DNA from: an uncultured Myxococcales bacterium
GTDB taxonomy: Bacteria; Myxococcota_A; UBA9042
Assembly (NCBI GenBank): GCA_903840165.1
Contig: CAIMEY010000089.1
Coordinates: 20,313 to 84,312 of the forward strand
Direction: 5' to 3'
DNA length: 64,000 nt
Each line of letters opens with the position of its first letter. Within the stretch, counting starts at the first letter, position 1. Under the pieces are notes generated by a model. The model was given only the letters and a program-made list of their open reading frames with translations. It did not search any database and had not been told where the DNA came from. Shown in pieces: positions 41,291 through 50,084 of this stretch. Position numbers and translations under genes: made by a program.

Positions 41291-41761
41291 ATGACCAATT
41301 TGCATTACATCACACCGGGTGGCGCGGCGCGATTGCGCCAAGAACTCGACGAGTTGGTCAAAGTCGAGCGGCCTAGGGTGGTTGATCAGGTCGCCGATGC
41401 CGCGGCCATGGGCGACCGCTCGGAAAATGCGGAATATATTTACGGAAAACGTCGTCTGCGTGAAATTGACCGGCGGGTACGCTTCTTGGGGCAGCGCCTC
41501 GACACGGCCATTGTCGTCGCCCCGCCTGAACAAAAGCGTAAAGATCGCGTGTATTTCGGTGCCGTTGTCGATCTTGAGGACAGCCAAGGCCAAACCAAGA
41601 CGTGGCAGCTCGTCGGTCAGGATGAGGTGGACGCGCAAACCGGGCAGATCAGCTACGTTTCTCCGTTGGGTGCCGCGCTGCTGGGCAAACTGTTGGACGA
41701 CGAAGTCAAGGTGCAAACCCCTGGCGGCGTGCGGGTTTATACCATCATCGACATTCGCTAG
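41291..41761 (+). CDS. greB: Transcript cleavage factor GreB
   Basis: ITPGGAARLRQELDEL...GDRSENAEYIYGKRRLREIDRRVRFL aligns closely with E. coli GreB from memory. The start is set at Met 41291. Confidence 0.88.
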   Translation: MTNLHYITPGGAARLRQELDELVKVERPRVVDQVADAAAMGDRSENAEYIYGKRRLREIDRRVRFLGQRLDTAIVVAPPEQKRKDRVYFGAVVDLEDSQGQTKTWQLVGQDEVDAQTGQISYVSPLGAALLGKLLDDEVKVQTPGGVRVYTIIDIR

Positions 41762-41794
41762 CCGGCACAGGTCGCACGCTTGGTCCTCGAGCGC

Positions 41795-42928
41795 CTAGGC
41801 CACGTCAAAGTCGACGCTCATGCTACCGCCATAGCCCGCCAAATCCTGCGGCCCGCCGTCATCGGAACTTTGGGCGGAATTCGCTGTCTGGCAGCGCGCT
41901 TGCACGGTATGTGCCCCAGTCGTAACGATCAGGTCCAGGTGCCACAGCACCCAAATGTCGGCACCGGGCGCGTAGTCCAACACCGCGTTTTGCCAAGGCC
42001 CTTGGTCCAGGCGAACCTGAACCTGCTCAACCGCATCGCTCCCCGCATAAGCCGTTCCGTAGACCTTGAGCGATCCGGGCGGCGTCGTTCCCAGGGCCAG
42101 CGGACGGGCGATCAGGGTCTGGGGGCGGTAGACAGCCGTGTCCGACCAGCCCGCCTTTTCCCAGAACCCGAGGTAAGGCGTATCGATAAACTCCATGCTG
42201 GTCAGCCACTTCGGATTCTTCATGCCGTAGCGGCCCGGATTGAGCAGGCGCACCGGAAAGCCGTGCTCGGGCGGAATTGCCTGCCCATTCATCAGCCATA
42301 CCAGCCACATCGGCTTCTGCAGGTCCGAAACTGGTACTGCCGTAGTATAGCCATCGGCACAGGTGAACTTGAGCGACAGCGCGCTTGGCGGCACGGCAAT
42401 GCCGATCGAGGCCATTACCTCAAGCAGAGGCACGCCAGTCCAAATTGCGTTGGAAATCGCTTGGTTCAGCGGCCCTGCACTAATGCACTCCAGGGTGTGC
42501 TCCTTGGTCTTGGCCGGCAACTTGAGCAGCTGCCCCATACCGAATTGTCCAAGTGTTTTACCGCGGTCCAGTACTTGTACCTGCCAGGCGCTGGCGTCGA
42601 TGGCCGGGGATCCGCAGCAGCTCGTCACGTAGTGCAAATTGGCCGGCGTGATGGCAGAAATCGGTTGTATATCAGGCAGTGAAGTGTCTGTAATTTCAAC
42701 GGAATCCAGGACACTGCCAGCGTCAGCCGTCTGCGAGGGCGCAACCGCCAAGCTGTCCACTTCGCCGCTCTGAGCGTCGGCACCTAGATTACCTCCCGAA
42801 TCAGAAGGTTGCGCATCGGGCAGTGCCTGCTGGCTGGCCTTGAGCGCTGGTGCACAAGCCGCAGTGAGGGCGGCCCCGCTCAAAATCATTAGAAGATCTC
42901 GGCGTTTGACGGTGCCTCTTGCGCTCAT
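41795..42928 (-). CDS. Molybdopterin-dependent oxidoreductase (sulfite oxidase / MsrP-like fold), Tat-exported
   Basis: Twin-arginine signal KRRDLLMILSGAALTAAC. Also ECISAGP...WTGVPL and HGFPVRLLNPGRYGMKNPKWL. Confidence 0.75.
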   Translation of the reverse strand: MSARGTVKRRDLLMILSGAALTAACAPALKASQQALPDAQPSDSGGNLGADAQSGEVDSLAVAPSQTADAGSVLDSVEITDTSLPDIQPISAITPANLHYVTSCCGSPAIDASAWQVQVLDRGKTLGQFGMGQLLKLPAKTKEHTLECISAGPLNQAISNAIWTGVPLLEVMASIGIAVPPSALSLKFTCADGYTTAVPVSDLQKPMWLVWLMNGQAIPPEHGFPVRLLNPGRYGMKNPKWLTSMEFIDTPYLGFWEKAGWSDTAVYRPQTLIARPLALGTTPPGSLKVYGTAYAGSDAVEQVQVRLDQGPWQNAVLDYAPGADIWVLWHLDLIVTTGAHTVQARCQTANSAQSSDDGGPQDLAGYGGSMSVDFDVA

Positions 42929-43247
42929 GGTCTCAAACTCCCGAAAATGATAGGGCGTATCGGCCAGGTCGTCCTTGTCAGGCGCCTTGGGTCGGCGGGG
43001 CGCTGCAACTGGTGCGGCCAGAGGTCGCGGACTCAGCATTCAATCCTAGCAGTCACCACCGATTTCTGCCCTGGAAATGGTCGCATTAGCTTGTAATTGC
43101 AGTATAAACACTGACAGCGCGGTCGCCAAAAGGCGTTTGAACCTCGCAGAAGTGACGGCCGCACCAAGGGGCGCTAGAGTCAGCGATTGCCGGCCCGGGC
43201 CCGAACTCGGTCGCCCCCGTTTCCCAGCAGCCGACACCGAGGCCGTC

Positions 43248-45032
43248 ATGCGCTTGTGCCCACAATGTGGCAATAAAATTGAAGATTTGCGTTGCCCTAC
43301 CGACGGTACATCGACGCTGCTTTTGACCGCGGGCCCCCCGGAATGGCGCTTTTCTGTGGGCCAAGAGGTCAATGGCCGCTACCGCATCGGTCCCGTGATC
43401 GGACAGGGGGGCTTTGGCGCCGTCTACCGTGCGACGAGCCGTGCAACGGGCCAAGACGTTGCGCTCAAAGTACTTTCCGTAGCTCTTGACGGCAATGACG
43501 CCGAAGTCGTGCAGCGCTTCTTTGCCGAGGCCCAAATCACGGCGTCGCTACAACACCCAAATACGATTCGTGTTTTTGACTTTGGCCAGACCGAAGGCGG
43601 TGCTCTGTTTATTGCCATGGAACTGCTCCAAGGCCAGACGCTGATGGAAACGCTGGACGCGCGGCTCAAAGCGGGGCAGGTTCTGAGTCAGACCGAGACC
43701 GTGCGAATTGGTACACAAGTCCTGAGAAGTCTTGGTGAAGCGCATCTGGCGGCGCTGGTACATCGCGATCTGAAGCCGCAGAACATCTTCCTGCATGAGG
43801 TCAAAGGCGACGATCCGGTCGTCAAGGTCCTGGACTTCGGCATTGCCAAGAGACTTGGGCAGAAATTCACAAGCACTGGGCAGTCTTTTGGCACGCCGCA
43901 CTACATGAGCCCCGAACACGCGCGCGGTTGGGCGATCGATGGCCGCAGCGATTTGTACGCCCTTGGCGTGGTCCTGTACCAGTGCGTGGCCGGTCGAACG
44001 CCGTTCGAATTCGACGACGCGATGCAGGTCCTCCTCGCTCATGTTACTGAAACTGCACCGAATCTTCGCCTAGCTGCGCGCACGCCGGTGTCCGAAGGGT
44101 TCGTCCGCGTCTTGGAGCGCGTGCTGGCCAAGGATCCCCAGCAGCGGTTTGGGTCGGCCATCGAAATGCGCCAAGCGCTTGAGCAATTGCGCGACGAGCC
44201 GGCGGTGGCGTCCTTGCGCGATGTGGCGACCCTTCCGGAAGCAATTCCGGCCTATGCGCCTAGGCTTACGACCCATGTTTCTATGTCCGACGACTCGGTT
44301 GGCTTTGCGGTCCCGCCGAACTCTGCCGCCCCTGGTAGCGATGTGCCGGCGACCGGAAATATCCTTGAAATCAATCGAAATATCGATACGGACGCCCAGC
44401 CAACTTTGCCCATGTCCCAAACCCCTGTGCCATCCAACCGCCTCGCGCCCAAGCCCGCCGCAGCCGCGGCTCCACAGGTGGTCGCACAACCAGCTGTAAC
44501 AGTAATGGAATCTTCCATCCCGGCTGAGTCTCCTGCGGCTCGCGCCCCAGCGGCCCCCGTGTCGACCCCGACGCCGGCTAGGCCAACCGCGCCCGCTTCA
44601 TCCAATCACAACCTGCTGATTGGGCTTGGTTTTGCTGCAACACTGGCGATAGCAGCCGTCGGCCTTCTCTTGGTTCGTGGTCGGTCAACACCGCCCGCCG
44701 CTGCAACGGTCGCAGCCCCAACGGCCGCCGTCCCTAGCCCTGCGTCCCCAGTTGCTGCGCCTGCACTCGCGACAGGATCGCCTGAATCTCCTGCCTTACC
44801 AATTCCTTCTGCGGCCACAGTGGCGCAAATTGCTCCGCCAACCTTGCCGCCCGCCGCCGAACTGCCGGCCCAAGCCACGGCAGCCGTTGAGGCAGCGCCG
44901 AACGGACAAGCGCCTGAAAGTCCTGCACGACCTGCTCACACTGGCCCGCGCCATCCCAAGGGCAAAAGCGCACCGGCCAACGGTGCGGCTCCGGGCTCAG
45001 CAGGCTCCAGCGATGGTTTCAAACTCGATTAA
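43248..45032 (+). CDS. Hanks-type Ser/Thr protein kinase with an N-terminal zinc ribbon and a Pro/Ala-rich tail containing a TM segment
   Basis: MRLCPQCGNKIEDLRCPTDG, then GQGGFGAVY...ALK, HRDLKPQNIF, DFGIAK and TPHYMSPE. TM segment: LLIGLGFAATLAIAAVGLLLV. Confidence 0.9.
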   Translation: MRLCPQCGNKIEDLRCPTDGTSTLLLTAGPPEWRFSVGQEVNGRYRIGPVIGQGGFGAVYRATSRATGQDVALKVLSVALDGNDAEVVQRFFAEAQITASLQHPNTIRVFDFGQTEGGALFIAMELLQGQTLMETLDARLKAGQVLSQTETVRIGTQVLRSLGEAHLAALVHRDLKPQNIFLHEVKGDDPVVKVLDFGIAKRLGQKFTSTGQSFGTPHYMSPEHARGWAIDGRSDLYALGVVLYQCVAGRTPFEFDDAMQVLLAHVTETAPNLRLAARTPVSEGFVRVLERVLAKDPQQRFGSAIEMRQALEQLRDEPAVASLRDVATLPEAIPAYAPRLTTHVSMSDDSVGFAVPPNSAAPGSDVPATGNILEINRNIDTDAQPTLPMSQTPVPSNRLAPKPAAAAAPQVVAQPAVTVMESSIPAESPAARAPAAPVSTPTPARPTAPASSNHNLLIGLGFAATLAIAAVGLLLVRGRSTPPAAATVAAPTAAVPSPASPVAAPALATGSPESPALPIPSAATVAQIAPPTLPPAAELPAQATAAVEAAPNGQAPESPARPAHTGPRHPKGKSAPANGAAPGSAGSSDGFKLD

Positions 45033-45053
45033 GCCTGTTGCGACGCGAAGTTA

Positions 45054-46235
45054 TCAAACGCCAGCACCATCACGCCGCCGGGTGCTCGCTGCGCGCAGTT
45101 CGTCCAGCTCATCATTGATAACATCGGTCATTTCATGAACATGCGCAGCAACTGCCGCGTGCAGGGCCGGCTGCGCCAACCAGTGGGCGCTGTGCACCAG
45201 CGTCGGCTCAAGTCCGCGTCGCAGCTTGTGATCGCCGCCCGCGCCGGCTTCAAACCGCGTCCAGCCTTGTTCGATGCACAACTCCATCAGCCGGTAGAAG
45301 GCAAGCTCAAAGTGCAGCATCGGCACCTCCTGCAGTGCGCCCCAGTAACGGCCATATAAATGCTGGCCTTTTTGCAGATTGAGGGTGCCCGCTATGCGTT
45401 CGCCATTGCGCCACGCCAAGACGACGACGACCTGTTCTGGCATTTCGCGCCGTAGCCACTCGAACATGGGCACATTGAGGTAAGGGGCTGATCCGTAACG
45501 GCGATATGTGGCCAAATAGCACGCGCGAATCGCCTGCCAGTCCGCATCGACCATGTCCGGCCCACGCAGCACCTGAACCGTGATGCCGGCGTCGATAATC
45601 GCCTTTCGTTCTCGGCGTATCTGCTTGCGGGCGGCGTGCCGACGCGTCTGCAGAAAGGCTTCAAAGCTGCCATACCCGGGATTGAGCCAGACCGCTTGAG
45701 ACTCGACGCGGTGAATGTATCCAGACTCACTGAGTTTTTCCGCGGTCGCCGCCGGCGTAAACAGCCAGTGCACGCTGTGGGCGTCTGTCTGCCCGGCGAG
45801 CTGCTTGGCCGCATGTACAAGCGCTTGAGTCACCAGGGCGGCATCTGCAAGCGGGTGCACGAGAATCCGAGGACCGCTCACCGGCGAAAAGGGCACAGCC
45901 GCGACTAGTTTGGGGTAGTAAGGCCAGCCATTTCGCACAGAAAAGTCCGCCCAGGCGAAGTCGAAGATGAACTCACCCATGGAGTGGGCCTTGACGTACA
46001 GAGGCACTGCGCCAAGCACCTGAGCCCCTGGAGGCAGCGGCGTTTGCGCTGTTCCTTGAGGCCCTTGCACCGCCAAGAGGTGCAGAGGCCACCAGCCCGT
46101 GTCTCCCCCTACGCAGCCGGTTGCCTCAAGGCCACAAAGAAAGGCGTGGTCTGTAAAGGGATAATTCGGATCCCCCAACGCGTTCCATGCGGCAGGTTGG
46201 ACTAGGCTTAGGTCTGGTAAGGCAATTACGTGCAT
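45054..46235 (-). CDS. FemAB-like / DUF482 GNAT-fold acyltransferase family protein
   Basis: PLYVKAHSMGEFIFDFAWADF...YYPKLVAAVPFSPVSGPRIL matches the DUF482 consensus as I remember it. Confidence 0.7.
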   Translation of the reverse strand: MHVIALPDLSLVQPAAWNALGDPNYPFTDHAFLCGLEATGCVGGDTGWWPLHLLAVQGPQGTAQTPLPPGAQVLGAVPLYVKAHSMGEFIFDFAWADFSVRNGWPYYPKLVAAVPFSPVSGPRILVHPLADAALVTQALVHAAKQLAGQTDAHSVHWLFTPAATAEKLSESGYIHRVESQAVWLNPGYGSFEAFLQTRRHAARKQIRRERKAIIDAGITVQVLRGPDMVDADWQAIRACYLATYRRYGSAPYLNVPMFEWLRREMPEQVVVVLAWRNGERIAGTLNLQKGQHLYGRYWGALQEVPMLHFELAFYRLMELCIEQGWTRFEAGAGGDHKLRRGLEPTLVHSAHWLAQPALHAAVAAHVHEMTDVINDELDELRAASTRRRDGAGV

Positions 46236-46556
46236 GGGGCGAGCCTGCCACGTTCGGTCTTGACCGAGCAAATGGGCTGAGGGGCGGTGAACGGGTTGTG
46301 GCTCACCGAGCCCCGACCTAGGCTACTGCGATGGTCACCTGGGCACCGCTGACAGATGCAAGTCCGCCTACGCGTGACTCTGCGGACGTTCGCTAATCTC
46401 ATTGCCAATCATTGACTTAAGTGCTAGTGCTGGACTCCCGGTGGGCACGGCCACAGCTGGCATCGTCGTTGCCAAGGCCAGTCATGACCACGGATCCTCT
46501 CCCGCATCCAGCGGCGTCAAGCAGTCGACACTCCAGCGAATTTGCGACCAACACTG

Positions 46557-47438
46557 TCAGGGCGGCCAAGGCATCTGTGTCAGTTGCTTGGCATTCTCGA
46601 GCAATTTTGCGCAGTTGAGGTCCTGTGGCACGGGCTGCCAGCGCAGTTGCACCGGCACTTCTCCAGGCAGCGGTTTGTCGTCCGCCGCGGTCACCAAGAC
46701 CGAACTGCTAGCGCCCACGGTCACTTGCTCCACTTTGGCCTCTGGACTGGCCGTAATTGCGCCGTCCTGGCCCAAAGCACCCTGCCAATTGGTCGTGCTG
46801 CGCTGCACCACGTACAAAGCCTGTTCACCCAGAAAAGGCGCGTCAATATAGACAGTTACACCGGGGTGACCATCGCCATCGTCGTCGACGATCGCCGAGT
46901 CCTGCCCCTGCCCGACCGCCGGCATCGCCCCGGCATAGCCCGCTTTGAGCCCAAGCCACTCGGTGTGGGCGTCCTGGGCGATCGTCTGCCCTTGCCGGTG
47001 GAGCACAACGACCTGTTCACCGATAGCATTAATAAAATCGGGCGGATATGTGAGCTGACTGTCGAAGATGGGATTGTTGACCACGGCGCAGGTGTGGAGC
47101 TGGGCGACGCCGTCATTGCCTTGCCAATCGACCTTGACCAGCCCAACAGTACTGGTCCGACTGGCCTGCCACGCGTCACCAAATGGCGACGGATTGTGCG
47201 AAAGTCGGCGGGTTTGCTGCCAAAATGCGTACCAACTACTGGCGCCGGCTGCGTCACTGGCAGCACCGGTGGCGGCATCGGTGCTGGCATCGCCCAGCGG
47301 GACCCCAGCACTGTCAGCTGCATCGCCCGCGGAACCTGTGGCATCGGCCAACCAAGACGGGTCATGCACTGCCCCGCCAGGAACATCAACGCCACAAGCT
47401 ACCAACAACGGAATAACGAGTAAAAATATACACTTCAT
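46557..47438 (-). CDS. Hypothetical lipoprotein
   Basis: The internal Met gives MKCIFLLVIPLLVACG (lipobox). I recognise no family. Confidence 0.55.
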   Translation of the reverse strand: MKCIFLLVIPLLVACGVDVPGGAVHDPSWLADATGSAGDAADSAGVPLGDASTDAATGAASDAAGASSWYAFWQQTRRLSHNPSPFGDAWQASRTSTVGLVKVDWQGNDGVAQLHTCAVVNNPIFDSQLTYPPDFINAIGEQVVVLHRQGQTIAQDAHTEWLGLKAGYAGAMPAVGQGQDSAIVDDDGDGHPGVTVYIDAPFLGEQALYVVQRSTTNWQGALGQDGAITASPEAKVEQVTVGASSSVLVTAADDKPLPGEVPVQLRWQPVPQDLNCAKLLENAKQLTQMPWPP

Positions 47439-47571
47439 GAACAACCTTAGCGAACTGGCAATTGCGCCGTCACGCATCTTCCGTTACATCCTCTGGCCTT
47501 GTTGACCGGCCACCAGACCCGCAAAACTGCGTGTCGCCGCCACCGCTCCCCCCGACCACAATGCACATCTT

Positions 47572-49059
47572 ATGAACGGCCGGAAGAGAGCGCAACGTTT
47601 CCGATTGACAGACGCGACTTTACAGCACAATTCCTGCGGAGCTCCCGTGACGATTCAGGCCCTTGAGCAGCAATTCACCGACCTTCGCGTTCAATTCCGC
47701 AGCCGCCGCCCTCTGCCCGATCAGGGTCCGGTCGTGCTCTGGATGCAGCGGGCGCAACGGGCCTACGACAACCCAGCCATGGACCTCGCGATTTCGGTGG
47801 CCAACCAACTCAATTCTCCCCTGGCGGTATTCTTCGCGCCCCGCCCCGACTATCCCGATGCCCAGCTGCGCCACTTCACTTTCCTGGCCCAAGGAATTCC
47901 AGAGCTTGCCCGGGACGTCACGGCCCGCGGTGCCACGTTCATTCTCCGTTCACCGCCGCACACTTCCCTGACGCAATTCTGCACGGAAGTCGGTGCGCGC
48001 TTGGTGATCGGCGATGAGAATGCCATGGATTTTGCAGAGGATTGGCGGCGACGGGCGGCACTACAGCTGCGGGTCTCCCTGTGGACGGTGGCTGCAGATC
48101 TCATCGTGCCGCCGCGCGCCTTGCCGGCCCAGGAGTTCTGGGCCGCCCGGAGCTTGAGGCCGAAAATCGCAGCCTTACTGCCGATCTACCTTGGGCTGGA
48201 GCACTCCCAGCCTCCCGAGCGGGTGCTGCATTCGTGGCCCGACCTGCCACCGCCTTCCGAGGATCCTCAGGATATTTCAGGCCTTCTCAGGAGATTGGGC
48301 CCGATCGCCTGCCAAGCGGGCCCTGTGGCCTGGCAAGGGGGCCGAGGAGCCGGCCTGGAGCGACTCCAATCCTGGATTGACAAAGGGCTTTCGCGTTACA
48401 CGATCAGCCGCGATGAGCCTTCGCAGGACGGAACCAGTGCCCTATCGCCCTGGCTGCACTTTGGGCAGTTGGGGCCCGCCGAAGTGGCTCGGGCTGTCGA
48501 GCGGAGCCAGGCCCCAGAGGACGCCAAGGCCGCGTATTTGGAACAGTTAATTGTTCGTCGCGAGCTGGCCTGGCACTTTGTCGCCCGCAATCCCGAATTC
48601 CGCACACTGGCGGGCTGCGAGCCGTGGGCGCGCAAGACCTTGGCCGAACACGCGCTCGATCACCGTCCATTCTCCTATACATTTGAGCAGTTGGAGAGTG
48701 CTCAAACCCACGATCCCGCCTGGAATGCAGCGCAGCGACAAATGGTCCAAACCGGCTGGATGCACAACCGAATGCGCATGTACTGGGCCAAGCAGCTGCT
48801 CTTGTGGACGCCCGACCCGCAGACGGCGATGAAATTTGCACAGCGTTTGAATGACAAGTGGCTGCTCGACGGGCGCGATCCCAATGGATACACGGGAATT
48901 GCTTGGTCGATCGGCGGCAAACACGACCGACCGTGGCCACCGGCCAAGCCCGTTTGGGGCTGGATTCGGCCTATGGCGCTGAGCGGCCTCAAGAAGAAGA
49001 CGAATCTTGACGCCTATTTGGCACAGCATCCTCCACTCACGGCCTTCAGCCTGACCTAG
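47572..49059 (+). CDS. phr: Deoxyribodipyrimidine photolyase, class II-like
   Basis: GWMHNRMRMYWAKQLLLW and LDGRDPNGYTGIAWSIGGKHDRPW are class II CPD-photolyase signatures. The N-terminal alpha/beta domain carries VLWMQRAQRAYDNPA. Confidence 0.85.
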   Translation: MNGRKRAQRFRLTDATLQHNSCGAPVTIQALEQQFTDLRVQFRSRRPLPDQGPVVLWMQRAQRAYDNPAMDLAISVANQLNSPLAVFFAPRPDYPDAQLRHFTFLAQGIPELARDVTARGATFILRSPPHTSLTQFCTEVGARLVIGDENAMDFAEDWRRRAALQLRVSLWTVAADLIVPPRALPAQEFWAARSLRPKIAALLPIYLGLEHSQPPERVLHSWPDLPPPSEDPQDISGLLRRLGPIACQAGPVAWQGGRGAGLERLQSWIDKGLSRYTISRDEPSQDGTSALSPWLHFGQLGPAEVARAVERSQAPEDAKAAYLEQLIVRRELAWHFVARNPEFRTLAGCEPWARKTLAEHALDHRPFSYTFEQLESAQTHDPAWNAAQRQMVQTGWMHNRMRMYWAKQLLLWTPDPQTAMKFAQRLNDKWLLDGRDPNGYTGIAWSIGGKHDRPWPPAKPVWGWIRPMALSGLKKKTNLDAYLAQHPPLTAFSLT

Positions 49060-49147
49060 TCAGACTGCTCCTCGATGCGACTTGACACGCGGTCAGGTAT
49101 TGAATAGCTTATGAACTGCCGGCGCGTTGACCGGTCAGGAATGAGCG

Positions 49148-49885
49148 ATGCCTCTGTTCAACCATATGACGCACAATACCAAGCAACATCATCCGTTGGC
49201 GCACAGGCCGCCTGCGCAACAGCCGGCCGCGCCTCATCCGGCGGTGCCTCATCCGGCGGTTCCTCATCCGCTGGCGCATTCGCCGAAGGCACACTTTGGC
49301 ACCACTAGCACGGCAGTAACGCCGCTGGTTAGCCGGCTGGCCAACCGCGAACCCCGCGCCGTGGATGAGTTTTACCGCCTGTATCGCAGTCGGATCTATG
49401 CTGTTGCCCTGCGCGTTGTCGGCACGCCGTGGGATGCCGAAGAAGTGCTTCAAGACGTCGTGTGGATCGTGTTTCGCAAAGTAGAAGCATTTCGCGGGGA
49501 TGCCGAGTTTAGCTCTTGGCTGTTCCGGGTGACGCAGAACTGCGCCAAGATGCTCCTACGCAAGCGAAAGCGCACGCCCACGCCCCTACAGGACGATCAG
49601 ATCGAGCCGACGCTGCAACGGTGGCGGCCTCAGGAGCTGGGCGTCGATGACGATTTGGCCCAGCGGCAAGTTGCTCGGCAAGTGAACGCCCAAGTGGCCA
49701 AACTCGACGATCTGAACAGAACGATCTTCTGGTCCGCCGCCGTGGAAGGGGATACTGCACAAGAAGTGGGCGAACGTACAGGACTTTCCGTGCTGGCTGT
49801 CAAGGCCCGTCTGTTTCGCATCCGTGCGAATTTGAGGCAGGAAACCCAGGAAATCCTCGACCGCGCCCCGCTTTGCGCCGCGTAA
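49148..49885 (+). CDS. ECF sigma factor with a His/Pro-rich N-terminal extension
   Basis: Region 2: DAEEVLQDVVWIVFRK...FSSWLFRVTQNCAKMLLRKR. Region 4: LNRTIFWSAAVEGDTAQEVGERTGLSVLAVKARLFRIR. No adjacent anti-sigma gene. Confidence 0.8.
   Translation: MPLFNHMTHNTKQHHPLAHRPPAQQPAAPHPAVPHPAVPHPLAHSPKAHFGTTSTAVTPLVSRLANREPRAVDEFYRLYRSRIYAVALRVVGTPWDAEEVLQDVVWIVFRKVEAFRGDAEFSSWLFRVTQNCAKMLLRKRKRTPTPLQDDQIEPTLQRWRPQELGVDDDLAQRQVARQVNAQVAKLDDLNRTIFWSAAVEGDTAQEVGERTGLSVLAVKARLFRIRANLRQETQEILDRAPLCAA
49232..49276 (+). repeat. Three tandem 15-bp in-frame repeats (CCTCATCCGGCGGTG-like) encoding PHPAV x3 in the ECF sigma N-terminus
   Basis: Units at 49232-49246, 49247-49261 and 49262-49276. Confidence 0.85.
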
Positions 49886-49984
49886 CCCATGGGCCTTGGG
49901 CGGTGCACCCTGCCCGGCGGGACATTGAAGTTCACGGCGAAATGCGGCTGCGCAGGACCTCGCAGCCGAGACCGTGAAGCGGTC

Positions 49985-50019
49985 CATGAACAGTGCATAA
50001 TCATAGATTGCCATGTTCA
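49985..50019 (+). promoter_or_regulatory. AT-rich island with the inverted repeat CATGAACA...TGTTCA upstream of the CarH/LitR-like gene; candidate operator/promoter
   Basis: TGAACA at 49987-49992 and TGTTCA at 50014-50019, in the only AT-rich stretch of the 49886-50084 intergenic region. Confidence 0.3.
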
Positions 50020-50084
50020 ATAGGGTGATGCATGATGGTCCAACTTGTTAGGGCGGTGATTGGGCCTACTCTGAACTTTGCGAG

